From Tubiluchus corallicola (taxonomy: Eukaryota > Animalia > Priapulida): a stretch of DNA of 64,000 nucleotides. Both the position numbers and the translations under genes were made by a program. Location: NCBI GenBank assembly GCA_030141605.1, contig JAQGDQ010000415.1, positions 106,233-170,232 on the forward strand. Direction: 5' to 3'. This document shows, in pieces, positions 53,763 to 64,000 of this stretch (the stretch's first letter is position 1; every line of letters begins with the position of its first letter). The notes under the pieces were generated by a model. It ran no database searches and was not told the DNA's origin. It saw only the letters and a list, made by a program, of their open reading frames with translations.

Positions 53763-54076
53763 TTCAAGGACTTTCGCAGTAGATCTTAGTAATGATGCTA
53801 GTGGTAATGACGGTTTGGGTCCCCCATTTGGACTGATTTTCGTTGATGGTGATTACAAGTATAAATGGTTGAATGACACAACTATAGGATTACCGGGAGC
53901 ATGGACTGACTGGCAAGCTTACGAATTTGAACCGAGTCTCTATGAAAAGGTTTCAAACTTTTTTTGGAATATGCCCAGGCACATTTACACTGAACTGGAC
54001 TGACAATATATGTATATATGGGAATGTATTCGATTCAATAATTTATTGTTTGGCACCTGCGAATTACCTGGGTTAA
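53763..54076 (+). pseudogene. C-type-lectin-domain-like exon fragment with one frameshift
   Basis: Acceptor tttcttttcag, then ...FGLIFVDGDYKYKWLNDTTIGLPGAWTDWQAYEFEPSLYEK. After removing one T from the T7 run (53959-65) it continues ...GICPGTFTLNWTDNICIYGNVFDSIIYCLAPANYLG*. Motif order GL..W....W...EP....WxD..C.....C resembles a CTLD. Confidence 0.45.
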
Positions 54077-54553
54077 CTAAAACACAGAACTTCTGTTTTC
54101 TTGGAATATAACGGCCCCCACGCCTTACAGAAGTAATACATAATGACGAGTAATTAACTTAAATAGATAGTTATTGGCCATGCAGCACATACATTACACA
54201 CACAGATGCGTTAATGACTAAAGATTTTTTCATTTTATTTAAATATCTGTGCTTGAGAGGCTAAGCATAATACAGAATTGACATCAAATAATCAGTAGTG
54301 GTTAATCTAAAGTGTTATGAACTTTGCAGAAGTCTGCATATTAAGGAATGTTCTTATTAATTTTATCTGTTAGCGTTTAGAGATCATGTTAGATGTGCGA
54401 AAACTTTAAATTTCTTGAAAAGGCCTACTTGTCACGTTACCCTTCTGTGAATTTAAGCGATCAGAGCGTGTTCATTTGTACAAGCAATCAAGCCTGTCGA
54501 ATGTATTTGTTTTTACCTGTTTTTGAGAAAAAAATGTCCGGAATTCATTATTG

Positions 54554-54794
54554 GTAAAGCACAAGAAAACATCCAACTTACATAACGTTTAAAAAATTCG
54601 TCTTCAAATTTTATACCACTTACATACTACTTTTTTGCATGCAGGACTTGCATCTGCTTAACACTGTATAAAACATGTAAATTTAAATTCCCGCAGTGAC
54701 CGCTAGATGCAGCCATTTTGACGATAAGTCATTTGAAACAAGTTTAGATAACTTTGAGTGAAGCTTGAAAAAATAATCAGAGCATTCGTAGCGT
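54554..54794 (-). mobile_element. Kolobok-type MITE K4, partial, inverted
   Basis: Reverse complement of the K4 right part. Confidence 0.7.
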
Positions 54795-55954
54795 AGCTGG
54801 AGCTGTGAAGCAAATAGTACTACCCTCACGCGTTCTGGTTCCATACAAGTATAAAGAAAGAGCTAAAGAAAAAAGACTTATTATATTGAATACTATCAAT
54901 AGTATTATGTGAAAATAGGGGGTGCTGCAGTTCCACAGTACCTGTACACGAGCCGCCACTGAGTTCACGGCTATTACTACAAATTAATTACCTTTCGATA
55001 ACGTCTTCATAAGGTTTTATGACGTGAATGCGCCTGCGCCATTTCCGGCGACCTGTACAATATTGGAGTTCGAAAGTTTGAATTCGATTCAAACGAGTTT
55101 TTTATTTCGAGTTAGATTTTAAACTTGAAATTATAAATTCGGATTATTTAGCACTTTTTAACATTAAAACGTTTGAAACATCATGGAACCTGCACAATTT
55201 AGGTGAGATTTCTTCTTCTTCTTCTTCTGTTGTTCTAAACATCTCTGTAGACATAGGGCCTCTATCCTTTATTAGAGCTCCCCACTCACTGTTCCCAGGC
55301 GCGTATTAGCCATTAGGCTAACTAGACTATAGTAATGACCTCGTAGAAACTAGGTTAGTAGTGCTTCTAATACACCACAAATAATTGTTTGAACTCATCT
55401 TTACATAAGCAACCATAATGCGGATGGGCAGGAGAGAACTATCGCCTAGGGCGTCGTAAAGTCTTGACACGTGTCCTTGTTGTTTCCTGTTAACACATTA
55501 AACATATTATTAGTACTTTTACTGCAGAACAAAAAAGCAATATGCACAATCTTTGTGAGACCACTTTTTATTAGCGCTTCAAAAATTTATTCGAAAACCC
55601 TTTAAAACTGAATTCGGACTCAAAAATGCTGAAATTCGATTTGATTCGAGTTAGAAAGTCAAAATTTCGATTCGATTCGAATTTGCTTTCAGCTAGAGAC
55701 CGTGCAAGGAGTATTTCAAGTTTTACCAAACAGCGCGAATCTTTTATTTTGCCTTGTCCAAGAAGCTTTGCAGTTCTATCGACGGCAACTCTTGAATCCA
55801 TACAGTAACACGGGTATTCGTTTTGTGCTGCTTTTATGAAGTTCGACCCGGTACATCGAAAACGTTTTGCTCTCACAATTAAAACTCGGCCGTTTCTTCG
55901 CTAGAAGAATTGCGTGTGACGATTGACGTTTGATATCTTCACTATCAAGCAATT

Positions 55955-56976
55955 TTTACGCAAAACCGGACCCAATCATAAACTGTAAGTCAAAGCAAGT
56001 TAATATTGTAACGGATCCGGGTTCCTGCGCAGATCCGTCTCAGGATGTATAGAGCAGCATACAAGTTATGAAATACTTTACAGCAGACGAGAAAAGTAAA
56101 AAGAATACGAATGTAAAATAAACTTTAATGCACAACCAGTAGCTCCATGACATGTGAACAGACTTTTGTATAAAAATCAGCAAACCTACAGCATTCACCT
56201 TCACAGACAGAAAGGCCAGGCTGGAATCGTCAAATTACGGCGTGCATTCTGTTTTATACAGATACATTTGCATTACTGGGCTTCTCAACCATACCCATTA
56301 CTAACATTATGGGGTTAGTCAAAACCCGTCTTCGTAACAATATTTAAAATCTTAAAAGGAAATATACTAGTTTTTTCACTATTATACAATTAATAGGCTA
56401 TTATACTAAAATATACTATTAATTCTTTCACGTAAGAATGACTTGCGTGAAAGAATTATTACCACACAAACGTAATTTCGCGTTCGCGCCACTAGTTTTC
56501 AGCTGTTACATGCATTTCACCATTCGCTAGTTAGACGGGCACTAGCGCCTGCATTTCGGAAACGTGTTGCACCAAAAACGGGTGCTATACCTGTCATTCA
56601 AATGTGTTCGTTTGTGAAGTCGTGCACACGTTCAACAGCTCATGCGTGAGCACAACGGTAAATTTGAAATTTGAATTGTTTGTTTAAACTTGCCTAATTT
56701 TAGTACAACATACTGAACATCTTACAGTAGCACTGTACTTCAATTTTCTCTTTCACAAGCATGTACAACACGTTCGTGGAATATTTTTGGTGTTGAAAAT
56801 TATGTTAGTTTGTGATGTCATCAATAGTTTTGCTCGCCCGCCGTTAATTAAGTTTTTAATCTATTATTTAATTACCAGAAACGCTTTTGCAGCAGTATTG
56901 TTGGTGTTAAAATAAATACTTGTTGCCGGACTTGAAAATTGGATAAGATATTATTAATCATTGTGTCTTCCCTTAA
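55955..56976 (+). mobile_element. Kolobok-type MITE K2 interrupted by a solo LTR
   Basis: gcaaaaccggacccaatc left end; K2 resumes at ~56344 and ends gtcttcccttaa. Confidence 0.75.
56007..56339 (-). mobile_element. Solo LTR (Gypsy-like, 4-bp TSD)
   Basis: TGTAACG...CGTAACA termini with atat on both sides (56003-06, 56340-43); absent from the other K2 copies. On the minus strand a TATAAAA (~56255) precedes an ATTAAA (~56125). Confidence 0.8.
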
Positions 56977-57211
56977 TATTCTTGTCATTTCTTACGGAGG
57001 AAATTGTCAAATTGATTTTACGGTCTTTTAGACCACTAATCAATTTCGAAGAGACTGTTGCAGTCTCTCGATGGTCAAAACTGCTCAAGAATCTATTAAC
57101 TTCATTACTGCAAGTTGCCCAAGCGCTGATATATGCCCAAGACACTGTTTTGAAATGAATTCAATAATATCATCGCAACTCTCTATTAGTGTTTAACCTC
57201 CGCTAGTGGGT

Positions 57212-57812
57212 TTAAAGGACAAGAAAACGGCTGAAGTAGGTTTCAGAAAAATCGCCTTAAGAAATTACAATACTTTATGCATATAACGTTATTCATAGAG
57301 ACAATCTTATGCATATACCGTATTCGCGTTAAAAGGAATTTTTGTTTCTTTTCATTTTAAATCTCCTGCAATACTGTTCCGACAGCGCCATTACATGACG
57401 TCACTTACTCTAACGTAAATCAAGGGAAGAAAATGCAATGTTAAATTATGTCCCAAAAAACCTTCCATGCAAATTTGCATTGCTTAGCATTAACCGCTTA
57501 ACTGTTTGAAAGAATTATGTAATTAGAAATAATAATTTAAAATCTTTGTGCCAGTTAGTAAAATGTCGCTGGCTCATCCTCCAGGGTGCGCCACTCACTA
57601 ACCAAAAACGTATTTTTAATCTTATTGACAAGATACAGTAATTTAAAATTTTACTTAGTGACACGTGTGTTAAGAATGCTCTGATTATTTTTTCAAACTT
57701 TACTCGATGTTATCTAAACTTTTTTCAAATGACTTATCGTCAAAATGGCTGCGTCCAACGGTCATTGTGCAGCGTTATTGCCGACGCAAGCCCTGTATGC
57801 AAAAAGGTAGCA
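57212..57812 (+). mobile_element. Kolobok-type MITE K4, right-truncated
   Basis: Starts ttaaaggacaagaaaa; similarity lost after gcaaaaaggtag. Confidence 0.75.
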
Positions 57813-58184
57813 TGTGAAAATGAGAGGCGACAACAAAAAATAATTGGAGCGAGAAACAGTAAATATTTTGATGTTGCATTGCTGAGCGCTGCATTATAGG
57901 GCCAAAAACGCAGGTACCACAAATCTTTAACATACTGAATTGCAAATTGTAAGACAGATTAATGTCTGTTCTTCAGCAGTGTAACGCAATGCAGTAAGTT
58001 TCCTTGGTAATAAATCAAGTCTGAACTAAATAACTGACGATTTATGCAGAACGCAAGATGAAAATTCGCTAAAATATTTGCATAAAATATTACCAAGGTG
58101 TAATCAATTCAGTAAAATATGGTTGGCGTGATACCATTGAAATTCAGGTAGTGAACACAGATTCACAGAACACAGATAGTGTGT

Positions 58185-58185
58185 G

Positions 58186-58280
<95 letters not shown>

Positions 58281-58708
58281 CTCTCTTACACACACACTCT
58301 CTCTCTCTCTCAATCTCTCTTACACACACTCTCTCTCTTCCTCTCTCTCCTCCTCCTCTCTCTCCCCTCTGCCCTGCTTTTTCTTTCTTTGTCTCTCTTT
58401 CCATCCACACCTCTCTTCTATTCCTCCTTCCTCCTTTCTCTTTCTCTCCTCTCTCACTCTCTCTCTCTCTCTCCCTCTCTCTCCCCTCTCTCTCTCTCCT
58501 CTCACTCTCTCCCCTCTCTCTCCCCCTCTCTCTCTCTCCCCTCTCCCTCTCTCCCCCCTCTCTCTCTCTGTCTCTTTCTCCTTTTCTCTCTCTCTCCCTC
58601 TCTCTCCTCTCTCCTTTTCTCTCCCCCTCCCTCTCTCTCCTCTCTCTCTCTCTCACACACTCTCTCTCCCTCTCTCTCCTCTCTCTCTCTCTCACACTCT
58701 CTCTCTCC

Positions 58709-58748
<40 letters not shown>

Positions 58749-58760
58749 TCCCTTCATCCT
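58185..58760. repeat. (CT)n polypyrimidine tract, ~570 bp
   Basis: Direct reading. Confidence 0.95.
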
Positions 58761-60124
58761 TTTCACCATCTCTCTATCTTATCTTTCGCATCACATTACG
58801 AAGACAACGCTTAAGATCTAATTTCATGAAACTTGTATATCACTTATGTAACTCTTTCCCCTAATAACATTAATTAAATCTTTAGTCATTCATTTCCGGT
58901 CTTGAGAGCATCCCTGCAATTTTTCTATCTCAGTTTTATCATTTGCACCGAGCAATGCAAGGCGGAAAAAAGCTTTACCCTTTAGTGTTATTAATATTTT
59001 ATGACAGGGAGAAAATGAAGGCAGATATTGCAAGCGAGATCATAAATAAAATGTACAAAATGGGAGCAGCAAATAAACGGCCGCTCGTAAAAGCAGCCTG
59101 ATGAGTCTTATGAATATGATAATTGGTAAATCTTATGATATTACAAGAAACTGACGCGAATTTGCTGCTCCTCGGATTCATACCCCGCTGAGAGGTCTCA
59201 TACATTTACAGCATATTTCATTGGCTTCAGCCTCCAGGGAGGCATCAGCGACGGCTTTGCGACGCATGCAAAATGAAATGCGTCTCTTTTTTTCCAGAAA
59301 CACAAAAGCGCTCTTTATCCTCCAGAGACCAGATAGGAAGAAGTTTATCTAGATATCCCTGAGAAATGTAACAGGATTATGCATTTCATCTGGCGATGTT
59401 TCTTCCTGATAACTTCCTACCGGACGCGATAGACGGGAATTACTCTCAATTTCCGCGCAGAAGAAACCTTCTCGTAAAATCTCGTGCAGCGCGTGTTTTC
59501 CACTTGCTAATCCGTAGCCAATAAACTGAAGGGCACGTCTATCGCTAGAACCATAAATATGGCAAAAATCGTTTCAACGGACGATGAATTTGAAACCTTT
59601 CAAGGACTCATTAATGCGACCTTTGCCTTTAAGAAAACATGACAGTTCTAATGGTCATGCAGCTGTCATAAATAAGAGAAGTTAATTCTTGATGAGATTC
59701 TACGAAGAGCCGCCATTTTTAACCATTGGTTCTTTCAGGAAATGAAAAGATCCATAAAGGCTTAGTTGGTGGGTTAGGATTAGATGGTTCATACGCTGTC
59801 TGTTTATCAAAACCGGTGCCTGCTGGTAAAGTATACACGAGAAACATTAGGAAATAAATCCAATCAAAATATTGATAGTTCTTTTTAGGGGTTAAGCTAA
59901 GCGTTTCATCTCCAGGCTAGGCGTACATTTCAGCAGAAAACTTGGGCAAAACTTATGAGAAATACTTTTCGCCATGTACCTTTAATGAAAACTGTCGCCA
60001 TAGCAAGCAATGCTGGCAGCAAATTTCTTAAATGTCTTGACCAGCTTCAGGCGAATTACCGGCCAGACTAAATACCTCAGCAGAGAGTTTTGTTGGAACA
60101 AAGCATAAGGAATCGGGTTAATTC

Positions 60125-60444
60125 TACACGTTGTGTAACCTACTTGGAATTGAACCCCGGTCTCGAAACTCCTCGTTTTGAATCGACAATATCATCGGAT
60201 AAGCTTCACAAGAATGCGTCTCCAATCACATAGGCTGAGGATAGAAACGGGTAGATGGGCGAGACAGCCAAGGGAAAATAGGTTATGTCTTTGTGGGGAC
60301 ATTCAAACTGAGAAACACGTTATACAGACATGCCCCCTAACATCAAATATTATAAACCGCTACGATAATGTAAACTTTGCAGATGTAACTCACTTATTTG
60401 AGCGCACTAATTGTTATATAATATGTTATGAAATTTTGTGCTGA
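60125..60444 (+). mobile_element. Non-LTR retrotransposon ORF2 C-terminal fragment (RTEX/CR1-L2-group type Cys-His region)
   Basis: RISFTRMRLQSHRLRIETGRWARQPRENRLCLCGDIQTEKHVIQTCP matches the R-x-SSH-x-L-x-IETGR ... RLC-C...E-H...C signature. Confidence 0.8.
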
Positions 60445-60748
60445 TGTACCTTGTATGCATAACACTGTTTTTAATGCTATAACCTTGAGTAGGAAAAGTG
60501 ACATTTGGATTAAAATCACTAATGAATCGATTGTGGCATTTACCTCGTTCCTCGTGTATACATGTAACTTGTTTTAGCCAATAAACTACATACATACATG
60601 TCAGGGCGTGAGTCAGTGAGTGTTGGAACACGAAAGTTGCCAGGGCTTACAAAATACAGTGGAATCCCCTGCGGCCGCTCCAACAACCTCTTGCTTTTTG
60701 TCAAACAAACTGATAACTACAGATTGTTGAACTGCAGGCCCTGCGTAA

Positions 60749-61063
60749 TAAGCCTTTTCACAGTTCCAGTGATTGATGACTATCGTGAAAAGGTTAAAGG
60801 TTAAGTGTGTGTCAGACAACACATTTGCGTACACTTGACAACGCTTCGCAACTGAAACTATTGTAATAGTAACAATTTTAACAGCTAGCTAAAACCTTGC
60901 CTAGTTCATTTTTTCTTGCTCTGAACTGAAGTTACTGAACTGATGCGCCTGACGGCTTTGCTTTGCCCACATGTCACATGGCGGTTCTAGACTAGATGCG
61001 TTGCTGTGGTATAATTAACCTCTGACCTGCAGCAACTGCGCGTGCGCACAGCGAAAAGGCTTA
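60749..61063 (-). mobile_element. Same Harbinger-like family, inverted
   Basis: taagccttttcac ... gcgaaaaggctta; interior is the reverse complement of the 19424 copy. Confidence 0.65.
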
Positions 61064-61988
61064 ATGTAAACAAAATGATAATTTAGTGAAACAACAAACA
61101 TAGTATAGGCCTATTTCCTAAGAAATATCATGTATAAACAATATTTTTTGTTCACACACAAATGTTGTGATACTTATTCAAACTTTTAATTAAAACTCAA
61201 TGTCACACAGTTTATGATTATTATTTATTAATAATTTATTAGACCCTTAAACAGAACTACAGTGCAAGACATACAATTTCAGTAAAGACATATAATCGCG
61301 CTGCAAACATGAGCACGATTGATAAAACAATATATTTTTAAATTCATACTGTCACTGTTACTTGCTTAACTTAGTCATTTAAATAAACATATTTAGTAAT
61401 TGTGATGGTCCCCCATCTAGCAGATTACCGCTACTAATTATTTTTCACTTTAAGTATTAACCTATACGGTATCACGAATTGTTTACCTAACGATTGATAA
61501 TATTGATGTAATATTGATTTCTGCTGCATTACTAACATGCGTGAGGAAGGACCGGTCCTACCCAAGTACTGGAGAAGACCTCGCCTTGGTAAACTACTAT
61601 TTTGTTAATGTTGTTTGCTGAAAGACTGTTTTTATAATGTCCTGTACAATGTTCGCTTTATAAAAAATTGAAATAATAATCCTGACACTTATCTATAAAA
61701 TATAAAAGCAAAAATAATTTGCAAACGTGTTTTATTGTCTCAGGATGTTACAGTAATTACTATTTAAAATAAGGTATGTCGTTTACAAGGCCTCCTTTTC
61801 AGTGGTTTGATCAATACATATAGTACTTGGTTCAGCACGTGTTTAGAACACTTTTTTGATACAATAACTAAAACGGAGAAGCAAATTTGACAACATTTAA
61901 TCCATGACAGACTAATCAATCTATCAAGTTATTTCAGAAACTCAGAACAATTATTAGAACAATGCTAAAATTACAAACTTTCGTTGTT

Positions 61989-62191
61989 AAACTAGTACTA
62001 TGAACATGTAATTTTGTACGTATGTATATATACACGTATATAAATAAAGTGAGTATATAAATAAATATTTATATACCCACCACATAAAATAAATATAACC
62101 ACTACATATATACACGTAGTTTTGTATTTTGTAATTTTGTACATGTAATATATGCATATGTACAAAATTACATTTTCATAGTGCTGGTTTA
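61989..62191. mobile_element. ~200-bp inverted-repeat element flanked by TTAA
   Basis: aaactagtactatgaacatgtaattttgtac / gtacaaaattacattttcatagtgctggttt (about 3 mismatches). Confidence 0.45.
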
Positions 62192-62202
62192 AAGAAACTT
62201 TG

Positions 62203-62268
<66 letters not shown>

Positions 62269-62295
62269 GCACAAAATTACAAAATACAAAACTAC

Positions 62296-62384
<89 letters not shown>

Positions 62385-62939
62385 TGTGTGTAGTGGTTAT
62401 ATTTATTTTATATATATATATATATATGTATACTCGTACACAGAAAATTACATTTTGCTACGTTATCATTGTAATTTCCAATACATAGAAAATGCTTTAC
62501 TGAGCCAAGCAGCTTTTGTTGTCTTGCATCATGGACATTATGTACTCACTATTGAACAAGGGCGTGCAATACTCATAAAAGTGACTAAAAAGTTTATTCA
62601 AATAATCCCAGGAGTTTTAAAATTGATGATTTTCTTTTCTCGTTGATAAAAAAAGATCTCGCAAAGAGACATAATTTAAGATATTTAACATCAAGGGTTT
62701 TCTACACTAATTAGCTGTTTCTCGCAACAATCCGTGAATTTTAGACCGTCTTGTTTACGTTGGTGAAACATTTTACAAAGCAGATAAATCTTAAAAAAAC
62801 AAATTGATGCCTTCATTATTACGAGACTTGATGATTTTACTATACCAACAAATGTTCAAAATGACCTTAGATTTTCTAAACCTGTAATGGAAATTTATAC
62901 GTCATAAGTTTACATAAAACACTGAGAGCACCCACAGGT

Positions 62940-63337
62940 TTAAAGGACAAGAAATAATTTAAAATGTTTGTGCCAATTTGTAAAATGTTGCTGACTCACC
63001 CTCCAGGGTGCGCCACTCACTAGCCAAAAACGTATTTTTAATCTTATTGACAAGATACAGTAATTTAAAATTTTACTTAGTTAGTGACACGTGTGGTACG
63101 AATGCTCTGATTATTTTTCCAAACTTTACTCAGTGTTAACTAAACTTGTTTCAAATGACTTATTGTCAAAATAGCTGTGTGATATAACGGTAATCGCGGA
63201 AATTCAAATTTACACGTTTTATACAGCGTTACGGCAGATGCAAGCCATGCATGCAAAAAGGTAGTATGTAAGTGGTATAAAATTTCGAGACGAATTTTTT
63301 AAGCTTTATGTAAATGGGAGGTTTTCGTGTGCCTTAA
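62940..63337 (+). mobile_element. Kolobok-type MITE K4 (large internal deletion)
   Basis: ttaaaggacaagaaa ... ttcgtgtgccttaa. Confidence 0.78.
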
Positions 63338-63723
63338 ATGAGCCAAAATTGTGCTGTGGCGCCATCACACGGCAGCTAAATTCACTACTAGATATCTCAG
63401 ATTTCAAATTTCAAAAATCATCGAAACTGATTCATTTAAATATTTGCTAGAGTGAATTATTGCTGAAAAGCATCATTAGTTGCAAGACGAAAACCCATTT
63501 CAGCAAATGCAAGACATCTAAGTATAAATAACACATCTAAACACAAAGGATAGTCAAAATATACATAAAGTAAGGTAGGAAGGGTTGTGGGCATTAAAGC
63601 AAAATGAAGTAATTAAGTGTGAAGAAAGAAACGAAAAGAATTAATAAAAAGTGGGAAAGGCAGTAGTGAATTACATAAATAAGAAAATATGGGTTATTGC
63701 AAGAAATGCACAGTTTTAACTCC

Positions 63724-63810
<87 letters not shown>

Positions 63811-64000
63811 TATCATCATCATTACATCATCATCATGCCTGTTACGTCTATTGTAGACACTGAGCAGGCAAAATTTTAAAAAATAAACGAAATCTGCCCT
63901 CAGAATAGGTAAGCACAGCAGTAATCCAGCAAAACTACTACGCCAGTGGTTCGTCAGCACCACTTCCGAACTACTTCCACGTGCAATTTATACAAAAAAG

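Larger units (their letters stand above)
52810..54961 (+). mobile_element. Composite hAT-type element (left end 52810, inner right end 53350, outer right end 54961)
   Basis: Perfect 14-bp TIRs cagtggcggctcgt / acgagccgccactg, with 8-bp flanks agttcgcg (52802-09) and agttcacg (54962-69). The inner right end at 53350 has no matching TSD. Confidence 0.65.

Noticed and set aside
59098-59160. ctgatgag hammerhead-like seed (also at ~14196)
   Set aside because: No stem II closed by GAAA at the right spacing.
60178-60444. Host zinc-finger gene
   Set aside because: Signature is that of a LINE ORF2 C-terminus, with no upstream RT domain or exon structure.

Overview
AT-rich metazoan (probably invertebrate) genomic DNA, almost all non-coding. 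The only well-supported host gene is a minus-strand Cys-loop anion-channel subunit (GABA-A/RDL-like). Two of its exons are visible: 27370-27446 (GSVNVTDILESLLNGYDKRLRPNYG) and 1566-1633 (GKTVKVAISMHVLHVGSVSEVGM). They are phase-compatible and separated by a 25.7-kb intron; no signal-peptide exon was found. The rest is dense with repeats: about 23 TTAA-flanked Kolobok-type MITE copies in four families, hAT- and Harbinger-like MITEs, a 5S-rRNA-headed SINE with an RTE-like body, LINE 3' ends, a solo LTR, a Penelope-type foldback with hammerhead-like cores, four minisatellites and many microsatellites. Nearly all ORFs in the track are repeat artefacts. Best leads: (1) a TSD-flanked composite hAT apparently carrying a C-type-lectin-like exon; (2) a ~650-bp inverted duplication of an RFX/NF-Y/ETS promoter-like module; (3) the 5S-RTE SINE; (4) a ~680-bp templated insertion between MITE copies; (5) perfect CRE sites in all four Kolobok families. 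All alignments were done by eye and repeat boundaries are approximate.
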